Shown: positions 25,309 to 38,649 of the stretch, piece after piece | Position numbering within the stretch: position 1 is the stretch's first letter | How the letters are laid out: every line of letters starts with the position of its first letter | Origin: the human T2T-CHM13v2.0 reference genome, Homo sapiens | Length of the DNA: 64,000 nucleotides | Assembly: GCF_009914755.1 (NCBI RefSeq) | Contig: NC_060947.1 | Direction: 5' to 3' (one strand) | Made by a program: the position numbers and the translations under genes | Notes under the pieces: generated by a model | The model's database searches: none | What the model was told of the DNA's origin: nothing | What the model saw: the letters and a program-made list of their open reading frames with translations, nothing else

Positions 25309-27898
25309 AAGAAGACAAAGAGATACGGAGACATTTGTTTTCTAGCCTAGAAACAAATGCTAAGCAGTCTTATCTATATATTTTCCAATTCAGTTTTTCA
25401 TACCCACGGAATTCAGATGGTTGGACATGACTGAACCCTGGTTTCAACGTAACCGTGTAAAATAATTGCTGTTTTTCACATTTTAAAGAAGGATTTCAGA
25501 CTTGAAGACAAGAAGCTCCTTTCTCCTCAATAGTGCTCACTCTTCTTTAGTCAAATTTTAAAAGGCTCTGAGCTGCTAATCTGTACAAATATAAAATACG
25601 AAAATAAAATGAAAGAGCTGTTCAATTATTGCCCGGCATCATAATAAGAAAACATACTATCTATCTGTTAACTTTCTCTTTCACCTCTACCAAGTTCACC
25701 CTTTCACACCTATCCTCCCTTCAGTGTGTGTGATGCAGTTGCTAAACCCTATTACATACTGCAGTTCTTTTATTAAGGATTGATTGGGAAAATCTACTTG
25801 CCTTAAGATGCTATTATGGTTTTGATTAATTTGACTAAATTAATATAGAGAGTTAATATCTAGAAAGAAATATAAACTATCTAGCGTAAAGAACAAAAAC
25901 CATACACCTGGAAATTAACCCTCCACCAGGAAATATTAGTATTAAGTAGCACCTGGTACATTCTTGATTTAGGCCCTTGTGATTGTTCTACAGGAAGATG
26001 CCAACTATGTGCAGAATAATGTTTCTCAGGTTATATCTACATTCATAAAGCATTTTAATTTATTATGATTTTATTTTATTACAAAACTGCTTAGAATTCA
26101 GTAATTGACAGATTGTTTCAAACATCACTAAGCTCAACAATGTTTGCTTCTCTCCAAATTATTCTGTATATTTAAGCGGTGCTTCTTTACTGAGCTTTCT
26201 AACCATATTTAGGTGGCATTCAAGTACTTACCCATTGTGCAGATAAAATGAAATAACGTGTATAAAAGCACAATAATATAATATGTTTAATATGTATGTG
26301 CTCCAAACAATGCAAGTGTGAGATAGCATTATTACCATGTGGCATTCATCCAGGTGGATGCAATGGAGTCCAAATGAACCTACCTGTGCCTTGGCTTAAG
26401 CTCTGTTCCTATATCTCTGTCCCCTATGATATCCCTGGAAAAAATAAATGCTCCCAGAAACCTGATGTACAAAGCTTCCCAAGTGTCTTAATATAATGGG
26501 AATTTAAATGGACCACCACTAAATGGAGCTATTGTGAATCCAAGTACTGCTTAACCTTGTTTGTTAGTCTTTTCAAAGTTATTAATGACCTTTAACTCTC
26601 TTCAAAATTATTTAACTACTCTATCTGGACATGAATACACACTCTGTTTCCCCCTCTCTCTCTCTCTGTAAAATGGGAATACAAGTTCTAACTCAATTTT
26701 GGTTTCATGGTGATAGGAAGATGGGTTTATTTTTACAAAATACTTTGTAGTTTAAAAGGTCTATTCCAACATTAATGAGTATTATTAGAAGATGGCATTG
26801 CAGCTTAATGAAGTGATGCCTCAACTGACACTACAGTTTGAATTCGGATCAGCCAATTTTAAGCCCACTGAGTCTGAATGCTCAGATGTCCATTTTTTCA
26901 GTCAGTAACAGATTTTGCTAGGGTTCATGTGCTTTAACAGATTTTTTCTTGGCTATGTTTATAGTAAAAATGTAATAGTAAATTATGAGCACTGTAAAAC
27001 AGTGTTGTTCATATTCTGATTCTCCCATTAGAAATATATGGTCAAAATGTTAGAAAAAAATTGTAACAGAAATGTAGAGTTATTGTCTGTCTAGGTAAGG
27101 TATTATGCTTAATAAATAAGATTAGTATTTTCATTAAGAGTAAAACATTGAAAGTTGCTTGTAAATGAATTTACGTATAATAGTCCCATTTTTCTATTGA
27201 CTTTCACTGTAAAATTACAGATTTGTTTCTCTGCTCTCCACAATGGTCCCAATACACAATAATATTTGAAGATGCAACAGTACTTTAATATGATTCATCT
27301 AAAGGAAAATGTTGAATTTTATACAACACAGTATTTATTACATATATTTAGCATATCCTAAATGTAGTTATGAATAGAATACAAGTTCATGAGCTTTGAG
27401 GTTATCATATTAATATTATAACTAACAAAATTGGGAAAGATAAAGAGGAAAAGTTCATTTATTCATCTTTTACACTAGATAACTTCTGGTATAAATTTGT
27501 CTCCCTGAATCTTGGCACATTATTTTACTTTGGGTGATACTTAGCTGTATTATTTCCTCACAGTTTTATAATTAACCAAAGGAGAATGGGAGCAAATTTA
27601 GAAAAAATGAATGCTAATACTCAAACTCACTCACAAAGTATAAAGTAGAAAAGGTTGCTTTGATGTTTGACACAGCAGCTTAAAGATCCCAAAAGGGGGG
27701 GACATTTGAAGTAAAATGGACTCACAAGACTAAACTGAAAAGCACTGTAGCATCTATTAGAGCCTCCTCCTTCCCCATAACCTCCAGCTAGAGTACACGC
27801 ATCTCTCATTTCACAGGACCTGGTAACGGATTCTTATTTCTAGAAAATGAATATGTTGATCTAACATGAAGATACATAGGTAAAAATAGCTTAATCCA

Positions 27899-29539
27899 TT
27901 TTGGTACCAGTACCATGCTGTTTTGGTTATTGTACCCTTGTAGTATAGCTTGAACTCAGGAAGTGTGATGCCTCCAGCTTTGTTCTTTTTGCTTAGGATT
28001 CTCTCGGCTATATGGGCTGTTCTTTGGTTCCATATGAAATTTAAAGTAGTTTTTTCTAATTTTACAAAGAAAGTCAATGGTAGCTTGATGGGAATAGCAT
28101 TGAATCTATAAATTACTTTGGGCAATACGGCCATGTTCACAATACTGATTCTTCCTATCCATGAGCACAGATACATAGACCAATAGAACAGAACAGAGAC
28201 CTCAGAAATAACACCACACATCTACAAACATCTGGCATTACACAAACTTGACAAAAACAAACAACAAGGAAAGCATTCCCTATTTAATAAATGGTGCTGG
28301 GATAACTGGCTAGCCATATGCAGAAAACAGAAACTGGACCCCTTCCTTACATCTTATACAAATATTAACTCAAGATGGATTAAATACTTAAGTATAAAAC
28401 TTAAAACCATAAAAACTCTAGAAGAAAACCTAGGCAATACCATTCAGGACATACATAGGCATGGGCAAAGTCTTCTTGACTCAAACACCAAAAGCAATTG
28501 CAACAAAAGCTAAAATTGATAAATGGGATCTAATTACACTAAAAAGCTTCTGCACAGCAAAAGAAACTACCATCAGAGTGAACAGGCAACCTACAGGATG
28601 GGAGAAAATTTTTGTAATCTACCTATCTGAAAAAGGGCTAATATCCAGAATCTACAAAGAACTCAAACAAATTTACAAGAAAAAAACAACCCCATCAACA
28701 AGTGGGTGAAGGATATGACCAGACACTTCTCAAAAGAAGACATTTATGTGGTCAACAAACATATGAAACAAAGCTCATCGTCACTGGTCATTAGAGCAAA
28801 TGCAAATCAAAATCACAGTGAGATACCATCTCACACCAGTTAGAATGGCAATCATCAAAAAGTCCAGAAACAACAGATGCTGGTGAGACTGTGGAGAAAT
28901 TGGAATGTTTTTATACTGTTGGTGGGAGTGTAAGTTAGTTCACCCATTGTGGAAGAGAGTGTGGCAATTCCTCAAGGATCTAGAACCAGAAATACCATTT
29001 GACTCAGCAATCCCATTACTTGGTATATACCCAAAGGAATATAAATCATTCTACTATAAAGACACATGTTTATTGTAGCACTATTTACAATAGCAAAGAC
29101 TTGGAAGCAACCCAAATGCCCATCAATGATAGACTGGAAAAAGAAAATGTGGCACATATATACCATAAAATACTAGGCAGCCATTAAAAAAGAATGAGTT
29201 CATGTCCTTTCCAGGGACATGGATGAAGCTGGAAACCATCATTCTCAGCAAACTAACACAGGAAAACCAAACACCCCATGTTCTCGCTTATAAGTGGGAG
29301 TTGAACAATGAGAACACATGGACACAGGGAGGGGACATCACACACTGGGGTGTGTTGGGGGGTGGGGTCAAGGGGAGGGAGAGTATTAGGACAAATGCCT
29401 AATGCATGCGGGGCTTAAAACCTAGATGACGCGTTGAAAGGTGCAGCAAACCACCATGGCACATATATACCTATGTAACAAACCTGCACGTTCTGCACAT
29501 CTATCCCAGAACTTAAAGTAAAATTTTTTTTAAAAAAAA
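27899..29539 (+). mobile_element. L1 (L1PA8-like) with 5' inversion
   Basis: Antisense ORF2 27899-28167, sense 28168 to polyA; degenerate TSD aaaaatagcttaatcca (27882-27898) and agaaataactttatcca (29540-29556). Confidence 0.93.
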
Positions 29540-30037
29540 AGAAATAACTTTATCCAAACAGTTACAATTCCAGGTGAAGCAACAAAAAACTAAACAGGAG
29601 TGTGTTTAATAAAATGGCAAATGGACTTGAAAAGTATCTCAAAAACATTGTCAACTGTTTAACGAGCTGGACCAGTATACGCATCTCCTAACCACTGTAG
29701 GACACTGAGGAAACAATACATTCATCAGAGATGATTAATGGTGCTAGTATGACCGTGTATAACATTTTCCTCACATTACGCTGTGACACAATGGTAAACA
29801 CTTAGGCATATCAAAAAATAAAGGGAAGATTCAACATTGCTATGAGTTAAGCATCTTGTTGTAAGAACTTGAGTATTGCTACATTAAGACTCAGACCACT
29901 CAGATATTCCCTACAGGATTGCAAGAGAAAGTTGAATATGGCATCTACTAAAGAATAATTTTTGCTTCAGGCAATTAGTCAGATTTGAAAATCTTGACCT
30001 ACCTCATCCATTAAAATCATACTCTGCTATCCCTATA

Positions 30038-30097
30038 TACATACCATTCAAAGATACATATTTGATATGTGTACATACCATTCAAAGATACATATTT
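30038..30097. repeat. Perfect 26-bp direct duplication with 8-bp spacer
   Basis: tacataccattcaaagatacatattt at 30038 and 30072. Confidence 0.95.
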
Positions 30098-30230
30098 CAC
30101 TTCTATGAAGTACCTCAAAACCAGAATCACTTTCTATAACTTGAGATTGTTTTTCCTATTTCTTGTGCATCCCCATTCTGACAATAAAATCAAGTACCTT
30201 CAAGAGCAGGCACCCTTAATATGAAAGTAA

Positions 30231-32091
30231 TTAGTTTGCAAATATTTTATCCCATTGTGTATGTTGTCTTTTTACTCTGTTGATAGTTTCTTTTGCTGTA
30301 CAGGAGCTCTTAAGTTAATTAGATACCATTTGTTAAGTTTTGCTTTTGTTGCTATTGCTTTCAGTGTCTTTGTCATGAAATCTTTGCCTGTTTCTATGTC
30401 CAGGAAGGTATTGCCTAGGTTGTCTTCCAGCGTTTTATAGTTTGGGGTTTTACATTTAAGTCTTTAATTCATCTTGAGTTGATTTTTGTATATGGTATAA
30501 GGAAGTATTCCAGTTTTAATTTTCTGCACATGGCTAGCCACTTATCCCAGCACCACTTATTGAATAGGGAGTCTTTTCCCCATTGCTTGTTTTTGTCAGC
30601 TTTGTCGAAGATCAGATGGCCGTAGATGTGCAGCATTATTTCTGGGCTCCCACAAAGATCTCATATTCAACATTTATAAAGAAATTAAACAAACTTATAA
30701 GAGAAAAACAAACAACTCATTAAAAAGTGGGCAAAGGACATGAACAGACATCTTTAAAATAAGACATACACGTGGCCAATAAGCATGTGAAAAAAAGCTC
30801 AATGTCACTGATTATCAGGGAAATGCAAATCAAAACCACAATAAATACCATCTCACACCAGTCAGATATGGCTGTTATTAAAAAGTAAAAAAATGACAGA
30901 TACTGGAGGTTGCAGAGAAAAGGAAACACTTACACACTGTTGGCAGGGGTGTAAATTAGTTCAACCACTGTGGAAAGCAGTATGGCAATTCCTCAAAGAG
31001 CTAAAGAGAAAACTACCATTCAACCCAGCAATACCATTACTGGGCATATACTCAAAGGAATATAAATCATTCTACCATAAAGGCACATGCATGCAAATTT
31101 TCACTGTAGCATTATTCACATTAGCAAAGCCATGGCATCAACTTAAATGTCATCAATGAGGGATTAGATAAAGAAAATGTGGTACATAAACACCATGGAA
31201 TACTATGTAGCCATAAAAAAGATGAGATTACATCTTTTGCAGGAACATGGATAGAGCTGGAGGCCATTATCCTTAGCAAACTGCTGAGACCAGCTCAGTC
31301 GGGGACACCCTAACCCAGCAGCGCTAGAGGAATTAAAGACACACACACAGAAATATAGAGGTGTGAAGTGGGAAATCAGGGGTCTCACAGCCTTCAGAGC
31401 TGAGAGCCTTGAACAGAGATTTACCCACATATTTATTAACAGCAAGCCAGTCAATTAGTATTGTTTCTATAGATATTAGACTCAGATACTCAACTGAAAG
31501 TATCCCTTTTGGGAAACGAAGGGATGGGCTGAAATAAAGGGATGGGTTGGGCTAGTTATCTGCAGCAGGAGCATGTCCTTAAGGCACAGATCGCTCATGC
31601 TATTGTTTGTGGTTTAAGAACGCCTTTAAGTGGTTTTCCGCTCTGGGTGGGCCAGGTGTTCCTTGCCCTCATTCCGGTAAACCCACAACCTTCCAGTATG
31701 GGCATTATGGCCATCATGAACATGTCACAGTGCTGCAGAGATTTTGTTTATGGCCAGTTTTGGGGCCAGTTTATGGCCAGATTTTGGGGGGCCTGTTCCC
31801 AACAGCAAACTAATGCAGGAATAGAAAACCAAATACCACTGTTCTCACTTATGATTGGGAGCTAAATGCTGAGAACTCATGAACACAAAGAAGGAGACAG
31901 CAGCACTGGGGTCTACTTGAGGGTAGGGAATGTGAGGAGGGAGAGGAGCAGAAAAGATAACTATTAAGTACCAGGCTTAATAGCTGGGTGATAAAATAAT
32001 CTGTACAACAAACCCCCATGACATGAGTTTACCTATATAACAAACCTGCATCATGCCCCCAAACCTAAAATAAAAGTTAAAAAAAAAAAAA
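30231..32091 (+). mobile_element. Older L1 (approx. L1PA12-14) with 5' inversion, interrupted by MER9
   Basis: Antisense ORF2 30231-30648, sense 30649 to polyA at ~32090; no convincing TSD. Confidence 0.88.
31282..31804 (-). mobile_element. Solo LTR MER9 (HERV-K HML-3)
   Basis: Reverse complement begins tgttgggaacaggccccccaaaatctggccataaactggcccc; TG...CA ends; 6-bp TSD gcaaac at 31276-31281 and 31805-31810. Confidence 0.92.
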
Positions 32092-32839
32092 CAAATTACT
32101 CATCACTGGATGTCTTTCATGTATATATGAGATATGGAGTTAATAAACTTGTTTTCTCTTAAAAATATCAGAGTAAGTAGTGCAATGGAAATACATATGT
32201 CCTTAATAGATTTTCATTTCATTTGCAAAATAACAGACATGCCTCTAATTGCGAAAGAGAGATTAAAGGAGTGCAGTGACAGTCTCGTACTCAGTCTGGC
32301 CCACGCATCTAGGAACATCTCAAAATTTTAGGTTAAAATAACACCACAGATGGGTGAAATACAGATGGGTGAAATGTGTAAGCATTTCTAGACTACTGAA
32401 GAAGTAAGATTAGCCACAAATCATATTTTCCAAGTGTGTAGCATGTGGAGTCCCTAAGCTCTTTGGACTCTGTAGCTACATATTCATTTCTTGGAGGTGT
32501 TTCTATGGGTTTATTCCCAAGAGGACCCAGCTTCCCACTCATTTTATCAATCAGCTGTCATTAACTAACGTAGAATTAGTATCTGTGCCAAAACCTTCGT
32601 GAGAAATATTTGACCCATGTTAAAATAGAGTTCATTAGGGTTCTAATATTTGAATTATTTTCTTTCCAATTCTGATTCAAAGCCTAAGTAAAACAACTAA
32701 ACATTCAAAGGGGGCCTAAAGAAAGTGCAGCTCTTAATGCCTCTGGATCAGTGATTTTTATCCCCAGGTCCCATCTTGAGATTCTTATTTAGTTGAAGAC
32801 AATCTGTAAATATAATACATGCAGTTGTAGATGGCCAGC

Positions 32840-32990
32840 ATTCCAGAAGGTTAAAAATATTATTTTAGGGATCTCTTTGAGAATAAGATGAAAACTAGTT
32901 ACCTTCTTACCATATAAAACAATAGTTTGCATATAATTTCAGTATCCTGGACACCTGTGGTCTATCCAAAGGGACCAGTTTAAGATTTGG
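32840..32990. mobile_element. Old hAT-Charlie-like MITE fragment
   Basis: gatctctttgagaataagatgaaaacta...ttgcatataatttcag resembles ancient Charlie MITEs. Confidence 0.35.
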
Positions 32991-33143
32991 ATCTATGTCA
33001 GAGCAGATCAGTAGAATAAAACACACTGAATGTGTAAGTATTCTAGTTTTCTTCAGAAAACTTTCACTGATTTATAATTTAATATAATTGTCATCAGCCT
33101 TTACATCTTATTGATATAAAAATTGATTGCATAAAAAGTTTGT

Positions 33144-34926
33144 CTTTCCCACCAATAATTCCTATTTCTCCATATCCATGCCAGCATCTATCATTTCTTG
33201 ACTTTTTAATAATTGCCATTCTGACAGGCGTGAGATGGTATCTCGTTGTGGTTTTGATTTGCATTTCTCTGATGATCAGTGATGTTGCTTTTTTTCATGT
33301 TTGTTGATCATATAAATTTCTTTTTTTGAAAAGTGTCTGTTCATATCCTTTGCCCACTGTTTGATGGGGTGGTTTGCTTTTTTCTTGTAAATTTGTTTAT
33401 GTTTCTTGTAAAATCTGGATATTAGACGTTTGTCAGATGGGTGGATTGCAAAAATTTTCTCCCATTTTCTAGGTTGCCTGTTCACTCTGATGATAGTTTC
33501 TTTTGCTATGCAGAATCTCTTTAGTTTAATTAGATCCCATTTATCAATTTTTGCTTTTGTTGCAATTGCTTCTGGTGTTTTCTTCATGAAGTCTTTGCCC
33601 ATTCATATGTCCTGAATAGTATTGCCTAGGTTTGCTCCTAGGGTTTTTATGGTTTTAGCTTTTACATTGAAATCTGTAATCTGTATTGAGTTAATTATTG
33701 TGTAAAGTGTAAGTAAGGGGTTCAGTTTCAGTTTTCTGCATATGGCTAGCCAGTTTTCCCAGAACCATTTATTGAATAGGAGATCCTTTCCCCATTGCTT
33801 GTTTTTGTTAGGATTGTTGAACATCAGATGCTTGTAGATGTGTGGTGTTATTTCTGAGGTCTCTACTCTGTTCCATTGGTCTATATGTCTGTTTTGGTAC
33901 CAGTACCATGCTGTTTTGGTTACTGTAGCCTTGGAGTATAGTTTGAAGTCAGGTAGCATGATGCCTCTGGCTTTTTTTTTTCTTAGCATTGTCTTTGCTT
34001 TACCTGGTCTTCTTTGATTCCATAAGAAATTTAAGGTAGTTTTTTTGTTTTGTTTTGTTTTTTTTGTGAAGAACATCAATGGTAGTTTGATGGGAATAGC
34101 ATTGAATCTATAAATTACTTTGGGCTTTGGGCAGTATGACCATTTTCACGATATTGATTCTTCCTATCCATGAGGATGAAAAGTTCTGCTATTTTTTTGT
34201 GTCCTCTCTTAATTCCTTGAGAAGTGGTTTGTAGTTCTCCTTGAAGAGGTCCTTCACATGCCTTGTTAGCTATATTCACAGGTATTTTATTCTCTTTATG
34301 GCAATTGTGAATGGGAGTTCATTCATGATTTGGCGCTCTACTTGCCTATTGTTCATGTAAAGGAATGCTTGAACCATTGTGGAAGACAGTATAGCGATTC
34401 CTCAAGGATCTAGAACCAGAAATACCATTTGACCCAGCAATCCCATTATTGGGTATGTACTCAAAGGAATATAAATCATTCTACTATTAAGACACATGCA
34501 TACGTATGTTTATTGCAGCACTATTTACAACAACAAAGGCATGGAACCAACCCAAATACCCATCAATGATAGACTGGATAAAGAAAATGTGGTACATATA
34601 CACCATGGAATACTATGCAGCCATAAAAAGGAATTAGATTATGTCCTTTGCAGGGACCTGGATGAAGCTGGAAGCCATCATCCTCAGCAAACTAACACAG
34701 GAACAGACAACCAAATGCTACATATTCTCACTCATAAGTGGGAACTGAACAATGAGAACACACACCAGGGCCTGTTGTGGGGCTGGGGGGAAGGGAGGGA
34801 ACTTAGAGGATGGGTCAATAGGTGCAGCAAACCACCGTGACACATGTATGCTTATGTAACAAACCTGCACCTTCTGCACATGTATCCCATGGTTTTTCTT
34901 TTCAGAAGAAATGAAAACAAAAAATA
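33144..34926 (+). mobile_element. L1 (L1PA8A-like) with long 5' inversion
   Basis: Antisense ORF2 33144-34370, sense 34371 to tail; TSD aaaaagtttgt at 33133-33143 and 34927-34937; 3'UTR gggagggaacttagagga. Confidence 0.93.
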
Positions 34927-35199
34927 AAAAAGTTTGTTAATTTCTTCTGAGAAAAGATGCCTTTGTGTCTACATTTACCCTAAATGTATCAAAATATTGA
35001 GGCTTCTAGCTCCCAATCCCTGCTTTGGAGGCTTGGGTTTACACTTCCCCCACACAACCGATGTTTGTCTACAGTAAATTTCTTCACACTAGTGCTACTT
35101 CCATTCCTTTTTATATCCTTCACTTTCTTCCTTCTGTAACCTTGGTACCTAAGATAATAGGTTCTCAATAAATACTTATATTTAGTATAATTCATTATT

Positions 35200-35560
35200 T
35201 TATTAATTACAAAGGTGTAACATGTATCTTGTAGAAAATGTATAAAATATAGAAAACTGCAAAATAATGACCAACTGCAATCTCACCCATTTTGTTTTGA
35301 GATTTTTGTCTGGAAATGTATTTTAAAAATGAATCATCCCCTTTCCTAATCCCAATTCTATTCCCAGGAGATGGCCACTGTGAATGATCCAGTATCTTTA
35401 AAGTGTTTTCTCTATTTTTATCCACACAAATATGTATACATGCACATATACACATCTATATCCTTTTTTTACAAATAGGATTGTACTATTTTGTGCTGCA
35501 GAAATTGCTTTCTTCATCAACCAAAGTACTATGAAATTTTCTCAGTTCTGCAGATTTACC
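35200..35560 (-). mobile_element. Ancient L1M 3' fragment
   Basis: Degenerate L1ME-like features (tttttttacaaataggattgtactat...ttgctttcttc). Confidence 0.4.
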
Positions 35561-35669
35561 TTACTCATTTGAATTTAACGCTATTTGATAAGTATTTTTG
35601 AACATACAAATTAATTATTTGATTTGGAAAGAAATGTCTTTTGGCTAACATCTTATTTTATTATTTTAG

Positions 35670-35687
35670 AAATCAGCCAGACCATAA
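35670..35687 (+). other. Candidate 18-nt microexon
   Basis: Branch point ctaac (35645-35649), U-rich tract, tttAG acceptor (35668-35669), aaatcagccagaccataa, donor gtaagt (35688-35693). Confidence 0.35.
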
Positions 35688-37559
35688 GTAAGTGGTTATG
35701 ACTATTCTTTCTTGTAAGATAGTATAATAAAATTCCGGAATTAGAATGATCTATGCATCCTTCGTTCAGGTTTAAGATATAAACTTTCTGTTTCAGAAGC
35801 TGGCCATATCACTACTGGTTTCCAAAGATCAGGGAATAAACATGACTTTGTACCCCCTTCCATAACTAACTACATGTAAAATTTCTTTTAACCATTGTCA
35901 GTTCTCCTGCTTCATTTTGTCAGACCACTAGACTGCAAATGTTTCTCAAACTTCAGGGGTCCTGTCACCTGCCTTTTGCTTCAGACAGCAGGATACTGAA
36001 TTCTATTGCCATCACAGTAACAACAATGATAAGCACAGCGGTCAGGTTTTAATGGCACCACTTAATGAATTCTCTGAGAAAAGAATAATAGCGAGAAATC
36101 TCAAGGTCAGCAGTGTTTACTTTGAGAAGGACCTAACAATAGATCTGAGAAGTCCTTCAAGTGTACCAGGCATCTTTTTCTGCTCTGCCTGCAGTTAACT
36201 GAGATTTTCTTTCCTTTTTCCTCGTCTTCAGTATTACATGTGAAGCAAACCAATTCTAGTCTCAGAAAAGTGATAGCCCTTGATGTTAACATATCAAGCT
36301 TGGGTTCGATGGAAAGGTTAAAAGAAAACAGGCAAGATCACATCCTAACAATTCTCCCATAGATTTAGGGTGAGAATTTGGACCAATAAATTTGTTTAAC
36401 ACAGAAAAGAGGATGCATCAAGAATCCTTAGTGGAGAGTCTGAAATTATGGAAATGATTATAAAAGTAGCTTGGAGCTACACTGTGAAGAGAGTTGAGGG
36501 TATTCATTGTCTCTAGGGATTATATATAATATTATAAGTCTTGGAGTAAACAAACAAAAGCTGAACTACTTAATATGAAGGATAATAGAGTTTAGAATAC
36601 ATTCCTTAGGACAGCAATTAAGCATGGACATAAGTATAGGTCAATTTCATGAGGAAAAGAAAACTGACCATGAAATAATACAAAAAAGAAGAAATTCTGA
36701 ATTAAGATAAAAACTGTGTGCAGAGACAAAGGACTAGATGGCATGCAAATTTTCCATGCAGTTAACAGTTTCCAAGTGTTTTAAAAAATGCAATAAAATA
36801 TCTCTAAATGCATTTCATGCATCTCTTTAAGTTCTTTCTCAAATATCTATCCTATATTGCTATGAAGTAGTGAGGGGAAAATAGTTATTACTCTCTCTGT
36901 CTCTCTCCTTTGTTTTACGTAAGAGAGATGTTTAGGAAAGTTTGTGTGCGTGTATGTGTATGTATATATGTGTGTGTGCACGTGTGTCTGTCTGTCTGCC
37001 TCTCTCTGCTTCTGCCTCTCTGTCTATAAAGCAGGCCTCCTTCCAATAATTAACTATGGTTGATTTAGGGGTCACTCGCCTAAGGCCATACACCATGTCA
37101 AAATATGAATAAAGATTTCAGGGAGGATAAAAAGTGTTTTTCAGCTATTCAAACAAAGCCACTGACACTATACCAACACAAACTACTAGAGATGAAAAGT
37201 ATCTTAGAGATCGATCCCTCATTTTCTGTATGAAACTGAGGTTCAGCAAGTTATACGCCAAAATCCAATGTTACCCAATGCTTTAATGGAAGATCTGGTC
37301 TACTTTTTGAACATGGTAAGATCTGAGGGTTGCTGCAGGGCTCCTTGCTCCAAAATATTTCCTACACAGCTTTCCAGAGGACTTGAAATTCCAAAGGTCA
37401 AAATCTTGCATCAGAATTATTAATATTCTGCTATCCCAAATGATACCTTGGATGACCTATCCACGCTTTTATTTACGTTCGATGCCTCCTTTTGTGTTCC
37501 TCTTGCCTACTCAGGAACTCTGTGTCAAAAATTAATCATCTATGTTCAATGTAGTCTAA

Positions 37560-37790
37560 TTTTTCCTCTCTAATGGACAATTCCCATCAGCATGCTTTTA
37601 TTATTATCTTATGTTTTTATTCCTCCCTTCTTGAAAATATGTACTTTAGAATTCTCTCTTCACCCTACATTCATTACCAGTTATGGTCCCACTTCTCTGC
37701 TCCCCTTAGTAACAAAATTCCCTGAAAGAGTTGTCTACATTTGTTATTGAATTTCTCCCTTCCCATTCTCTTTTCAACACATTCCAAACA
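37560..37790 (+). mobile_element. L2 fragment
   Basis: cacttctctgctcccctt...aaaattccctgaaagagttgtctac. Confidence 0.6.
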
Positions 37791-37797
37791 AACAGAC

Positions 37798-37999
37798 CAT
37801 ACTAGGCCATTCTTGCTTTGCTATAAAGAAATAACTGAGGATGAGTAACTTATAAAGAAAAGAGTTTTAATTGGCTCAAGGTTCTGTAGGCTGTACAGGA
37901 AGCATAGTGCCGACATCTGCTCAGCCTTCCCTGAGGACCTCAGGAAGCTTACAATCATGATGGAAGGTAAAGAGGGAAGGTAAAGAGGCACACCTGGCC
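37798..37999 (-). mobile_element. MST (MSTB-like) MaLR LTR, partial
   Basis: ttgctataaagaaata...aattggctcaaggttctgtaggctgtacaggaagcat...ctcaggaagcttacaatcatg. Confidence 0.8.
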
Positions 38000-38649
38000 T
38001 GCATTCTAAATGTCTCCTTTTGTAACTTTAATATATGGTAACACTTGGAGAAATATAATTACTTTTTTCAACAGTGATAGTAATTCACACTATTGTGTAA
38101 CTCCCTCACGTTGAAACCTTATTAAGTTGTTGACCAGTGACACCATATTGGAGAAGTATCATGGTTTAAGAAGCACAAGGATAATAAGAAAAGAAAAAAA
38201 AATACATTTGGGTTGTATAAAATGTATAGGTAAATTCATGAATTGTAGTTAAAAAACCTTTTTTTTTTTCAAATAAAATATGATCCAATTCTGACCCTTC
38301 TATTGAAGTCCTTAGCTAGAATTCCATTTGGAATTTCAGCCTCCTTTCCCCTTTATTGTCTCAAAGTGGAAAATAGGCTAAACTCCAATTGAAATACTGT
38401 GCTAATTGGAAAAACATAGGTGAGCAAATGACTTCTAAGGTGTGTGCTGCACTCTGCATTGTGCTTTAGTCATAAGAATATCTTTAAAGCAAAATGAGAT
38501 ATTCAACAGAGTCAGATGGAATCCCCTAGCTTGCTAGACAGAAGCAAGGAACTTCAAATTAATTCTGACACATTTTTCATTGAATTATCCCAGTTTCATG
38601 CCCTCAAGTCACTCATGACTCATTATTCATATGCTCTTTTAGAACTATA

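Noticed and set aside
30218-30231. Putative TSD for the 30231-32091 L1
   Set aside because: Only about 9/14 matches in A-rich sequence; not significant
33276-34079. 108-aa and 158-aa ORFs
   Set aside because: Broken L1 ORF2 fragments from the inverted segment, not host genes
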